Shown: positions 9,540 to 20,235 of the stretch, piece by piece
How positions within the stretch are numbered: the stretch's first letter is position 1
Layout of the letters: each line of letters starts with the position of its first letter
Assembly: GCA_963842525.1 (NCBI GenBank)
Contig: CAWJGT010000032.1
Span: forward strand, 124,800 to 188,799
Direction of reading: 5' to 3'
DNA from: an uncultured Holophagales bacterium
GTDB lineage: Bacteria > Acidobacteriota > Thermoanaerobaculia > Multivoradales > UBA5704
Length of the DNA: 64,000 bases
The notes under the pieces: generated by a model
Told to the model about the DNA's origin: nothing
The model's database searches: none
The model's input: the letters and a program-made list of their open reading frames with translations, nothing else
Position numbers and translations under genes: made by a program

Positions 9540-9805
9540 CCGCCGTGCCGTTTCTGGCCGGATTCCACCGCCCCGTGAGTACGGTTTCGCACTCTCCCGT
9601 CTTCACCTCGTACCCAGCCTCCTCAGACGCGAGTTGGCGGGGTCAAGGGCGAAGCCGCGTAGCGGGCGACGAAGTCGACCCTTGACCCCGCCAACTCGCG
9701 TCGAGACAATCCGGGAAACGAGGTGAAACAGCGCGAGAAACGCCTCCCTCGAGTGCCTCACGGTCAAGCCCCACACCGAAATAAACCGGAAAAGCGGCCA
9801 CGGAA
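9540..9805. repeat. Long imperfect hairpin (MITE-like) with a 24-bp perfect inverted-repeat core
   Basis: GACGCGAGTTGGCGGGGTCAAGGG (9626-9649) / CCCTTGACCCCGCCAACTCGCGTC (9679-9702); outer pairs TTCACCTCGT/ACGAGGTGAA and CCGTGAG/CTCACGG. Confidence 0.75.
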
Positions 9806-9923
9806 TTACGCGGGGCTCGACACTACCCTGGTGGAGCAGTCGCCTATGCTAGCTGCTTGAAGTCCCTGGCATCTCTCTCGGGCAGTCCATCCTAGCCCCA
9901 ATACCGTTCACTTTAGCTGAAAT

Positions 9924-9974
9924 GTAGGGGCGGGGCTTGCCCCCGCCCCGGGAGGGGACGAGCCCCTCCCCTAC
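9924..9974. repeat. GTAG-type REP doublet
   Basis: GTAGGGGCGGGGCTTGCCCCCGCCC-C-GGGAGGGGACGAGCCCCTCCCCTAC. Confidence 0.8.
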
Positions 9975-10008
9975 GCAGAGAATCGCTTAAATGAACAGCA
10001 TTGATCCT

Positions 10009-10101
10009 AGCCCCGCTGAGGGGCGACCGAAATTAGCCCGGGATTTCAATCCCGGGAACCCAGGCCCCCACCAATTCCAAGCCCCGCCAGGGGCGACAGG
10101 A
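10009..10101 (+). repeat. REP family A copy
   Basis: AGCCCCGCTGAGGGGCGACCGAAATTAGCCCGGGATTTCAATCCCGGGAA...AGCCCCGCCAGGGGCGACAGG. Confidence 0.9.
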
Positions 10102-10128
10102 ACCTTCCGCTCGCTCCGCAAACCAGCG

Positions 10129-10941
10129 TCAGCTTACCCCCAGAATCCACCCCTCCACCCGGGCCTGCCGGGCCTCCGCGTCATCCAGAGGCGGCTGGAA
10201 GTACGGTGCCAGACAACCCTTCTCGTCCCGGTCCTTCAGCCACCGGCATACCAGCCAGGCGTCCCGCTCGTCCGGATTGAGACGAGGAGGATCGTAGCGC
10301 CGCCGGAACACGCGCGGATACACCTCGGCGACAACCGACCGTCCAGTGGGCACCGTGAAACCGTCGAACGGCCAGAAATGGACCGTGCCGGCCGTTTCCT
10401 GGCGGAGCCACCGCAGCCAGGGAATCCCCGCATGGGTCGAGAAGAACACATTCGGACCTTGCGCCCTCCAGCCGGAGCACAGCGGCATGGCCGTGGGAGC
10501 CCAGCGATCGGTGAGCCGCAAGGTCCGCTCGTGCCGTCCCAGCATCTCCAGATTCGGTTCAAGACACGCCTTGACGGGCAAATCCCGGGTCGGCCAACGC
10601 CCCTCGAACCACTCCAGAAACTCGTCCCACGAGCCCAGACCCGCCTCATCGAGGGCCGCGAGCGGATAGGAAAACGCGTGGTCGATCCCAACGACCGTCG
10701 GAACATCCTCCAGGAGACGCTCGCGGAGCCAGAAGGCGAGATCCTGGCGGCCCCACTTCCGGCTCCTGGAACCCGGAGAGCCCTGTTGCCGAGGCTCGCT
10801 TTCGCGATCCGCGACGAAGACCGTCAGGCCGCGCAGAAGGCTCGAAGGCGTTGCGGCGCCGGAGTAGTCGATCCCGATGTAGCGGTGGAAGAGCGGCACG
10901 GCGACGTCAGAGTAGCGAAAGCGGTCACTTCTGAACAACAA
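10129..10941 (-). CDS. DUF429-like protein (predicted RNase H-like fold)
   Basis: YIGIDYSGA, VVGIDHAFSYP, HFWPFDG, VVAEVYP, DERDAW, EGWILGV; real start probably near 10900. Confidence 0.7.
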   Translation of the reverse strand: MLFRSDRFRYSDVAVPLFHRYIGIDYSGAATPSSLLRGLTVFVADRESEPRQQGSPGSRSRKWGRQDLAFWLRERLLEDVPTVVGIDHAFSYPLAALDEAGLGSWDEFLEWFEGRWPTRDLPVKACLEPNLEMLGRHERTLRLTDRWAPTAMPLCSGWRAQGPNVFFSTHAGIPWLRWLRQETAGTVHFWPFDGFTVPTGRSVVAEVYPRVFRRRYDPPRLNPDERDAWLVCRWLKDRDEKGCLAPYFQPPLDDAEARQARVEGWILGVS

Positions 10942-10994
10942 CGAGGCTTTGGGTGTCTCTCTCTTCAGGAGTTGTCTGGATGGGTAGCTGGAGT

Positions 10995-11414
10995 ATGTGG
11001 CCTCGCCGAAGCAGGAGCCCGAGATTTCCTAACCGGGGAGCCGGCACCCTGCTCGTTCTCGCCGTAGCCGGGATTCTCTTCACCACCTGGAGGGTCCTCA
11101 CTCCAACAGAGCGGCAGGCCAATCCGCCCGAGAGGCCGGTCGAACTGCCGCCGCGCCCTCTCCTGCCAAAGCCAGCGACGGAGGAGCCCCCTGAGGACCC
11201 GGAGCCATCAGAAGCATGCCCGGAGGGTTGCACCTCTTCGAAGCCCGGGTGCGTCATCAAGGGGAACAGCTCCCGGAGGACGGGAGAACGCATCTACCAC
11301 TTGCCCGGCCAAAGGTACTACGACAGGACAGTGATCTCGCCCGAGGACGGGGAAAGGTGGTTTTGTACCGAGGAGGAAGCCGAAGCGAACGGCTGGCGGC
11401 GGGCGAAGGTGTGA
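10995..11414 (+). CDS. Membrane-anchored protein with C-terminal ExoI/'sunset'-like Cys/His metal-binding domain
   Basis: TM helix, Pro-rich linker, CVIKGNSSRRTGERIYHLPGQRYYDRTVI..GERWFCTEEEAEANGWRRAK. Confidence 0.75.
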   Translation: MWPRRSRSPRFPNRGAGTLLVLAVAGILFTTWRVLTPTERQANPPERPVELPPRPLLPKPATEEPPEDPEPSEACPEGCTSSKPGCVIKGNSSRRTGERIYHLPGQRYYDRTVISPEDGERWFCTEEEAEANGWRRAKV

Positions 11415-11603
11415 GGCAGACCGGAAGGCGCGGGATTGCTGACTCTACCCCATCACCCTCCTGCATCGAGCACTCGGAGAACCGATTGACGCAACGAGGG
11501 ACTGTGTTATAGAGTGAGCGCAAGCTGAAGAAGTGCAGGTTACCAAGCGAGTTAGGGTGCCCTTTGTTTCCGCTTGGCCCTCGCGATCGGAAGAATATAA
11601 AGC

Positions 11604-13484
11604 ATGAACGCAAACGCAATACCACTTCTTGCGATATTCGGGGCGAAGATGCGTCTCGAGGTTCCTCTATTCCAGCGCCAATACGTCTGGGGAAGAGATC
11701 AGCAATGGGACCCTCTATGGGAGGATATTGAACGCAAATTCAGAGAGTATCTCGAAGGGCGCAATGACGCGCCTGTTCACTTTCTGGGAGCCATGGTTCT
11801 AGATCAGAAGCAAACGCCGACAACCCATGTAGAAAAACGCCAGGTTATTGACGGTCAGCAACGTCTTACAACTATCCAAGTTTTCCTGGCCGCCTTCCGG
11901 GACGTTTGCCGAGAAAGTCAGTGCACCGATCTTGCGGATGAGTGTGAATCATTCACGTTGAATCGAGGGATGATGGCTAACCCAGAGGCAGATCGTTTTA
12001 AGGTCTGGCCAACTCAGCTTGATCGACAGCAGTTCGCCGATGTCATTCTTTCTGGATCTCGATCAGCATTAGAAGAAAAGCATCCTCTCGTCAAGCGGAA
12101 GTATGCCCACAAGCCGATGCCCCGACCGCGCATGGTCGAAGCGTATCTTTTCTTTCACGACAGGTTGTCAGAGTTTTTCCTGGGTTCTGTTGAAGAGCCG
12201 CCTCTCGCGGCCGATGCGCCTCTTTCTGCACGAATGGAGGAGTGCTTCCAGGCACTGAAAAATTCTTTTAAGGTTGTTGTAATTGATCTGGATCATGATG
12301 ACGATGCCCAGGTTATATTTGAAACTCTGAATGCTCGGGGCGAGCCGCTGTTGCCAGCCGACCTGCTCAGAAATTATATCTTCTTGCGCGCGGCCAGGCG
12401 CGGCGAAGAGTCCGAGGAACTATATAATCGTTACTGGAAAAATTTTGACGATCCATTTTGGCGCGAGGAAGTCCGCCAAGGAAGACTCAGTCGTCCGCGC
12501 AGCGATCTGTATATGCAGCACTTCCTCACTGGCCGCCTTGGAACCGATATCCCTGTTAAGCACCTCTTCGTAGAATATAAGAATTGGATCGAACGAAGGC
12601 AGCCATTTTCCACAGTGGGCGAGGAACTGGCTACGCTAGCAAGGCAGGGCGATCATTTTCGTCGCATCATCGCACCCCAAAAAGACGATGTACTCTATAG
12701 TCTCGTAACATTTCTGGACCTCTTTGACATTCGGTCCGCTTACCCACTCCTCCTCTGGTTTCTTAATGCAGGCCTTGATGAGTCGGAATGGCGGCAAGTA
12801 TCCAGAATTTTAGAATCATATCTGCTTCGACGCGCCATCTGCGGCATGCACACAAAAAACTACACTCGTGTTTTTCTCACGCTCACGAGAGGTCTTCAAG
12901 CAGGTAGTTCTTATGCAGAGCACATTGCCAGGCATTTGAGTAGCCTCACGAGCAGCTCAGGAGAGTGGCCAAAAGACGAAAATTTTCAAAATGCTTGGGA
13001 GACCGGCCATATCTTTCAGAGACTTCAGAGCCCAAAGATAGTTCACATCTTCCGTCGCCTGAATGAGACATATCTGACAGCCAAAAGCGAGAGTATCAGC
13101 ATTGTCGGTCAACTCACAATTGAGCACATCCTTCCACAGAACTGGCTTGATCATTGGCCTCTCGCAGACGGTTCGCGGGGTCTCACTCCGCAGGAGATGT
13201 CGTCGGCTTCTGAAGATGATTTGAGAGCAGCGGCAACACGCCGGAGAAGCTTAGCGCTCCATACACTCGGGAACCTCACCATTATGACTCAGCCTCTGAA
13301 CTCTGCGACTTCCAACAACTGTTGGCATCTTAAAAAAACGGCTCTCCTGGATTCTTCGCTCCTGCCCCTCAATCAGCAACTCCGTGATGTCGAACAATGG
13401 GACGAAGAAGCCATTCAACGGCGCGCTAAGGAACTTTTTCGTCGTGCCTTACAGATCTGGCCAGCTCCACCCGCAATCAGCTAG
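11604..13484 (+). CDS. DUF262-DUF1524 protein (GmrSD type IV restriction / SspE-like)
   Basis: VPLFQRQYVW, HFLGAMV, VIDGQQRLTT, IFETLNARG; C-terminal TIEHILPQN and LGNLT..N HNH-like motifs; visibly lower GC than flanks. Confidence 0.9.
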   Translation: MNANAIPLLAIFGAKMRLEVPLFQRQYVWGRDQQWDPLWEDIERKFREYLEGRNDAPVHFLGAMVLDQKQTPTTHVEKRQVIDGQQRLTTIQVFLAAFRDVCRESQCTDLADECESFTLNRGMMANPEADRFKVWPTQLDRQQFADVILSGSRSALEEKHPLVKRKYAHKPMPRPRMVEAYLFFHDRLSEFFLGSVEEPPLAADAPLSARMEECFQALKNSFKVVVIDLDHDDDAQVIFETLNARGEPLLPADLLRNYIFLRAARRGEESEELYNRYWKNFDDPFWREEVRQGRLSRPRSDLYMQHFLTGRLGTDIPVKHLFVEYKNWIERRQPFSTVGEELATLARQGDHFRRIIAPQKDDVLYSLVTFLDLFDIRSAYPLLLWFLNAGLDESEWRQVSRILESYLLRRAICGMHTKNYTRVFLTLTRGLQAGSSYAEHIARHLSSLTSSSGEWPKDENFQNAWETGHIFQRLQSPKIVHIFRRLNETYLTAKSESISIVGQLTIEHILPQNWLDHWPLADGSRGLTPQEMSSASEDDLRAAATRRRSLALHTLGNLTIMTQPLNSATSNNCWHLKKTALLDSSLLPLNQQLRDVEQWDEEAIQRRAKELFRRALQIWPAPPAIS

Positions 13485-13611
13485 TCCGATCACAAGCGAG
13501 GCCGGAGGTGCCGGGGGGATGGGATCGGGTTCCCCATCGCTGGATGCAACGAGGAGCGCCCCCTGGACCGGACTGTTGTGCGTGTCCGACTATAATTGCT
13601 CGCGCTCGCCC

Positions 13612-14173
13612 TCACGTGCGGCGTCTCCAGAGCCAGTCCTTCGGCTCCCAAGTCCCGCAGTTGGCCGAATCGAGCACGGGGTCGAGAAACGCAGAGACGG
13701 CTCCCGTGACCTCCGCGAGCGTTCTCCAGATCAGCCAAGCGAAGTTTTGCTCCTTCGATCGGGCCAGTCGTGGCGAGGTTCGGCCGATCCCTCGGCAAGG
13801 TGAGGGCATGCAGCTTCTCGGCGATATGGGAGACGACCGGGTACAGGCGCAGCATCGGAGGCGCAATGCCCGCGAAGTTAAGGAGGTCGTCGGCCACCGC
13901 CAGATCGGGCTCGCCGACGAGCGGATCCCCAAAGGCCACGTCGACTCCAAAGGGGCGGCTGTAGATCGCTCCGGCGAGCCGGCATTCATTTCGAGGACCA
14001 GCCCGCCCTTGAGCGTCACCGTCGCCAACGACCGAGACGACGCGAGCGAGAAAGCGGTCGAAAGCGAGCACTTGGCGACGGCGTGCGAAGTCGGCGCCAG
14101 TGGTCGACGAGGACTTGATCCGCTGCTCGAGCGCCTGCTTGAAGGCGAGAGGCGTCGCGTAGCGCCGGATCAT
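13612..14173 (-). pseudogene. AbiEii-type nucleotidyltransferase toxin, degraded by frameshifts and internal deletions
   Basis: Fragments YATPLAFKQALEQR..AFDRFLARV, LKGGLVLE, PFGVDVAFGDP, HIAEKLHA, AFLDPVL..GTWEP across frames; catalytic RxTxDxD and RxKD segments are missing. Confidence 0.8.
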
Positions 14174-14763
14174 CGGGCGCTCTCAGACGGGCGGTCAAGG
14201 GCGGCGTTGAGCTCGGCGTTGTCCTTCTCTGAGATGAGCCCGCGTCGCCGCGCCTGGAGCACAGCCTGGCGCACGAGCTCGGGGGAGACGTTCGCCTCGA
14301 CGCAGTCTCGCAGGGTTCTTTGCGGCGACGTGATGGGCACGGCCGAGAACCCCGTTCGGTCGACTTCACCGATGCCGGCGTAGTGCAGAACGAGGCCAGC
14401 GGGCACCTGGAGCCGCCGGCGCCGCCAGCTTACCGGGATCGTCATGTGGACCTTGGAGGGCAGTGCGTCGGAGAGGTCGTGCAGTGCGAGCGCGGTCTCG
14501 TGAGAGAAGACGCCGGCCTGATCGGACCAGAGCCAGAGCATGATGAGGTCCTCGTGATCGCTGGACGGGAAGTGAACGAGGCGATAGATGCCTCGCGGCA
14601 CGCGCGCCATCTTCCCGTTCGCGATGTATTTGTGGAGTAGCGGTCGCGAGTAACCTGCCGCGGCGGCCTGCGTGGTGGTGAAGTAGCCACCTTGGGCCTG
14701 CGCAGCGGTAAAGAGCGCGCCCCAATCCGGAGCTCTCACGTGGGGTGTGGCTGCCGTCTCCAT
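14170..14763 (-). CDS. AbiEi-type antitoxin (type IV toxin-antitoxin)
   Basis: AQAQGGYFTTTQA..RVPRGIYRL..VFSHETALALHDLSDALP..ITSPQRTLRDC; 4-bp overlap with the toxin gene. Confidence 0.88.
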   Translation of the reverse strand: METAATPHVRAPDWGALFTAAQAQGGYFTTTQAAAAGYSRPLLHKYIANGKMARVPRGIYRLVHFPSSDHEDLIMLWLWSDQAGVFSHETALALHDLSDALPSKVHMTIPVSWRRRRLQVPAGLVLHYAGIGEVDRTGFSAVPITSPQRTLRDCVEANVSPELVRQAVLQARRRGLISEKDNAELNAALDRPSESAR

Positions 14764-14797
14764 GCACAAATGTTAACCCAGGGTTAACTTTCGTGCA
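14763..14797. promoter_or_regulatory. Inverted repeat, probable AbiEi autoregulatory operator
   Basis: TGCACAAATGTTAACCC-A-GGGTTAACTTTCGTGCA immediately upstream of abiEi. Confidence 0.7.
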
Positions 14798-14808
14798 ATC
14801 CGGGGCCG

Positions 14809-15276
14809 TCACCTCCAGATGATCTTCTTCAAGTACTTCCGGAGCCGTTCCATGAGGAGATTCTGGTCCTCCTGTGAAGGCGTGGTGACGAAGATCGTGT
14901 CTTCTCCGGCGATGGTGCCGGCCACTTCGGGCCAGCCGGCGGCGTCGATGGCCCAGGCTACGGCGGAGGCGGCGCCTGGGCTTGTCAGCACGACGGCGAT
15001 GTAGGGGCCGGACCGGTGCACCTGCTGCACAAAGCCGACCACGTCCTCGAAGGTCCCCTCGTCCACTTCCCGCCAGGCCCGGAAGATGTAGCGGCCCTTC
15101 ACACGCTTGATGCCGAGCTCCTGCAGGTCGCGGCTGAGGCTCGGCTGCGTCGACTCGATTCCTCTCTCCGCCAGGAGCGTTTGCAGCTCCGACTGGCTGC
15201 GGATGTCCCGCCTCTCTGTGACGAGCTCGACGATGGCGTCCTGGCGCCTCCTGCGGATCTCCCGGTCTCCTGGCAT
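14809..15276 (-). CDS. argR: Arginine repressor ArgR-family regulator
   Basis: RRQDAIVEL..SQSELQTLL..TQPSLSRDLQELG; C-terminal TSPGAASAVAWAID..GTIAGEDTIF; strong RBS. Confidence 0.85.
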   Translation of the reverse strand: MPGDREIRRRRQDAIVELVTERRDIRSQSELQTLLAERGIESTQPSLSRDLQELGIKRVKGRYIFRAWREVDEGTFEDVVGFVQQVHRSGPYIAVVLTSPGAASAVAWAIDAAGWPEVAGTIAGEDTIFVTTPSQEDQNLLMERLRKYLKKIIWR

Positions 15277-15539
15277 GCCTCCATCCTCCTTTGATTCCAA
15301 TACTATATGCATGCGCCGCAAAAAAGTCCAGAAAGCCCCTTGACAGCCTCCAAAGTATGGCGCATCATCTCGCCATAGTAGTTGGATAGTTGCACCGGAT
15401 CATTCGTCAAGCAGCTCCCCTTGGCCGTGGCGCTTGCAGTGGCTCTGATGCTGGCCGCAGGGTTCCGGAGATCAGATTTCCGGCGTCGAGACGGCGCCGG
15501 ATGTTCGAGCCCTGCGGGGCTCAGAAAGGAGTCGAAGTC

Positions 15540-15944
15540 ATGGCCAGGCAGGAAAGGACGTATTCGGGGATTCTGGGCTTCTTGCAGCGTCTGCTGATGG
15601 CGCTGGAGGCCAACAGGGCCGAGCTTCCTCAACTGGAGCCGTTCCTGACCAAGCTCGCGGCGCTGCTGTCGCAGGCTTTGGAGATCAACCAGCAGCAGGC
15701 TGCCCTCAGGGCCAGCAAGCAGGAGGCCTCGAGGCAGCTCCGCCGGCTCATCAGCGACGGGTTGCGGCTGAGCAACGTGGTGCTCACGGCGGTCCGGGAG
15801 CATTACGGCAGCCGCACGGAGAAGATCGCCGAGTTCGGCCTGCAGCCGTTCCGCGGCCGCAAGGTGAAGCCGGTGCTGGAAGAGCCGGAATCTTCCATCC
15901 CGCCGCCTGGCGAAGAGGTGGTGGCCGCCCACGCCGGTCCGTAA
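15540..15944 (+). CDS. Helical hypothetical protein
   Basis: AGAAAGGAG RBS; MARQERTYSGILG..EHYGSRTEKIAEFGLQPFRGRK; high-GC3 codon usage. Confidence 0.75.
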   Translation: MARQERTYSGILGFLQRLLMALEANRAELPQLEPFLTKLAALLSQALEINQQQAALRASKQEASRQLRRLISDGLRLSNVVLTAVREHYGSRTEKIAEFGLQPFRGRKVKPVLEEPESSIPPPGEEVVAAHAGP

Positions 15945-15971
15945 TCACCGGTCCGTAATCACACCCACACC

Positions 15972-15998
15972 GGGAGCGCGGTCTCCGCGCTCCCTTTT

Positions 15999-15999
<1 letters not shown>
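15972..15999. terminator. Intrinsic terminator between convergent genes
   Basis: GGGAGCGCGG-TCT-CCGCGCTCCC followed by TTTT. Confidence 0.7.
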
Positions 16000-17126
<1,127 letters not shown>

Positions 17127-17543
17127 GGCTCGGGGTCTCTCCGTGGCAAAGAGGTGGTGGGCGAGCGGCGGGGCAGGACCCGCCGGGGCGCCGGGATTCT
17201 AGCACCGCGGACGAGAAGGGAACGGTCGATCGCGTAGCAGCAGATTCCATTGCGTGCGTAGTTGTTTCATTTCTTTGCTTTTGTCCCCGCCGCGTTCATC
17301 TCCGAAAGCTCCGAAAGCTCCGAAAGCGCCGAGAGGCCGCCCCCGGTGTCCGGGCTCGGCCCCGACCTCTGCTCGGCCGCGCGCTGCAGCCCCTGCCGGA
17401 GGGTGTTCCGGGCGAGCTGTGCGTGGCGGGGGCCTCCCCCAGGGGACGCCCGCCAGGACGCCCGCCATTTCGGCGGACCCGCAGGAAATGGCCTCCCCAT
17501 GGGTTCAAGGATCAGTTCGTGATCTCTGAAAGGAGCTGATCCC

Positions 17544-19043
17544 ATGAGCCTGCCTTCTGCCCCGGCCTTGCTGTACCGCACCCACGGAATCGTCGCGCTG
17601 TTGATCTCCGCGGTCCTCGGGTGCGGCGCCGTATCGGCGCAACCGTTGACGCCGGCGCTCTGCCCGGCCGGAAGCCCGTTCAACATGAATACGACCTTCT
17701 CCACCTTTTTCCCCGGGATGCCGGGCATCCCGCTGCTGCGCCGCACGATCGACACCGTGCTCTTTCCGGACGCCCAGTGCAACAACGGAACGCCCGCCGT
17801 CATGTACATCCGCCCTGCAAACGCCGCCTATGCCGGTAACCCGATCGTGAACCCGAGCAGCAAGTGGGTGATCTTCCTCGACGGCGGCGGGGGCTGCGAG
17901 GATGCGGACTCCTGCCTGCTCGAGCGCTGGTGCAGCGGTGGCGGACAGGTGTTCGACCGCGCCGGCAAGATGAGCTCTTCCGGTGCCGCGCAAGCGATCA
18001 ACTCACCGGGCGGGATCTTCAATCTCGTTCCGCCGACCCCGCTGATCAACCATTTCGCCGACTACAACCATGTGCTGGTCCACTACTGCAGCTCGGACAA
18101 CTGGATCGGCTCCGGCGTCAAGGCCGGCATCGTGACCACGACCGGCGTCGCCTACGACATCGAGTTCAACGGCGAAGCGATCGTGAATGCGGTCTTCGGC
18201 ACGCTGCAAGCCGGCGCCACGGCGGCCGATGCCCTGCCCGCGGCCAACTTCTACGCCACCGCGCTCCCCGACCTGCGCGACGCATCCGAGATCATCCTGG
18301 CGGGGGAATCGGCCGGCGGTGGCGGCCTGCGGCACCACCTCGACCGGCTGCGCGAGGCCGTGATCCTGCCGGTGGCCAACAATCCCAACGTGGTGGTGAG
18401 CGGCCTGATCGACGCCGGCGCGCCACCGTTCATGGGCGGCGCCACTCTCACCTATGGCGCGCCGGGAGCTCCGGTCAACTACAGCGACTTCCTGCTCAGC
18501 TTCAGAGAGCCCATCGTGCGCGGCTTCTGGGAGGCCGACGACAGCGCTCTCGATCAGTCCTGCCTCAGTCCGGCCTGGGCGCCCTGGCACATCCTGGCCG
18601 GCGGTCATCCGCAGGTCTGCTACGACACCACCTACACGCTACTCAACCACATCACCACGCCCTTCTTCCTGCGGCAGGACATCAACGACCCGCTGGGCGC
18701 GACACGCTACGTGACCTGGGCGCTGTTCCCCACCCCGGACCCCTTCTGGTCGGCGACGTTCAACCAGCAGACGCTCTTCGGCAGCTACACCCCGGCCCTG
18801 GGTGGGCTCGAGCCGCCTCTCGCCTCACCGGGAGTCCAGGGGCCCAACTGCGGCCTGCACGTGGCGGTGCAGACCCACAAAGGCTTCTACCGGCACACTG
18901 TCGTGGCGCCGGGGCTTGTCGGCCTTTCGTTTCACGACCTGTTCGTAAACTGGTTGAACGGTCTCCCGCCGGGGACGGACACGATCCAGATCCAGACCGA
19001 CAACCTGGGCGCCGGCCTCTACACAGCCTCGTTCTGCCCGTAG
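17544..19043 (+). CDS. Secreted pectin-acetylesterase/Notum-family hydrolase
   Basis: Signal peptide; AQCNNGTPA, WVIFLDGGGGC, VHYCSSDNWIG, nucleophile motif GESAGG. Confidence 0.8.
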   Translation: MSLPSAPALLYRTHGIVALLISAVLGCGAVSAQPLTPALCPAGSPFNMNTTFSTFFPGMPGIPLLRRTIDTVLFPDAQCNNGTPAVMYIRPANAAYAGNPIVNPSSKWVIFLDGGGGCEDADSCLLERWCSGGGQVFDRAGKMSSSGAAQAINSPGGIFNLVPPTPLINHFADYNHVLVHYCSSDNWIGSGVKAGIVTTTGVAYDIEFNGEAIVNAVFGTLQAGATAADALPAANFYATALPDLRDASEIILAGESAGGGGLRHHLDRLREAVILPVANNPNVVVSGLIDAGAPPFMGGATLTYGAPGAPVNYSDFLLSFREPIVRGFWEADDSALDQSCLSPAWAPWHILAGGHPQVCYDTTYTLLNHITTPFFLRQDINDPLGATRYVTWALFPTPDPFWSATFNQQTLFGSYTPALGGLEPPLASPGVQGPNCGLHVAVQTHKGFYRHTVVAPGLVGLSFHDLFVNWLNGLPPGTDTIQIQTDNLGAGLYTASFCP

Positions 19044-19165
19044 TGGGGGCGTACAGCCCGGCGAAGCCAGCGGGCGGGTCATCCTGAGTACGCCCGGGCT
19101 CCCGTGATAGCCTAGCCAGTCCCGCCGCACCGGTACGGAGGGGCGAGGGGAAACGGGAGCCCACC

Positions 19166-20200
<1,035 letters not shown>

Positions 20201-20235
20201 AGAGACGGCTGCTTACCCGCGGAAAGGAATCGAAC

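Noticed and set aside
17302-17335. 9-bp tandem repeat CCGAAAGCT and surrounding short ORFs
   Set aside because: Only 3-4 units and no convincing ORF or RBS; treated as a simple microsatellite
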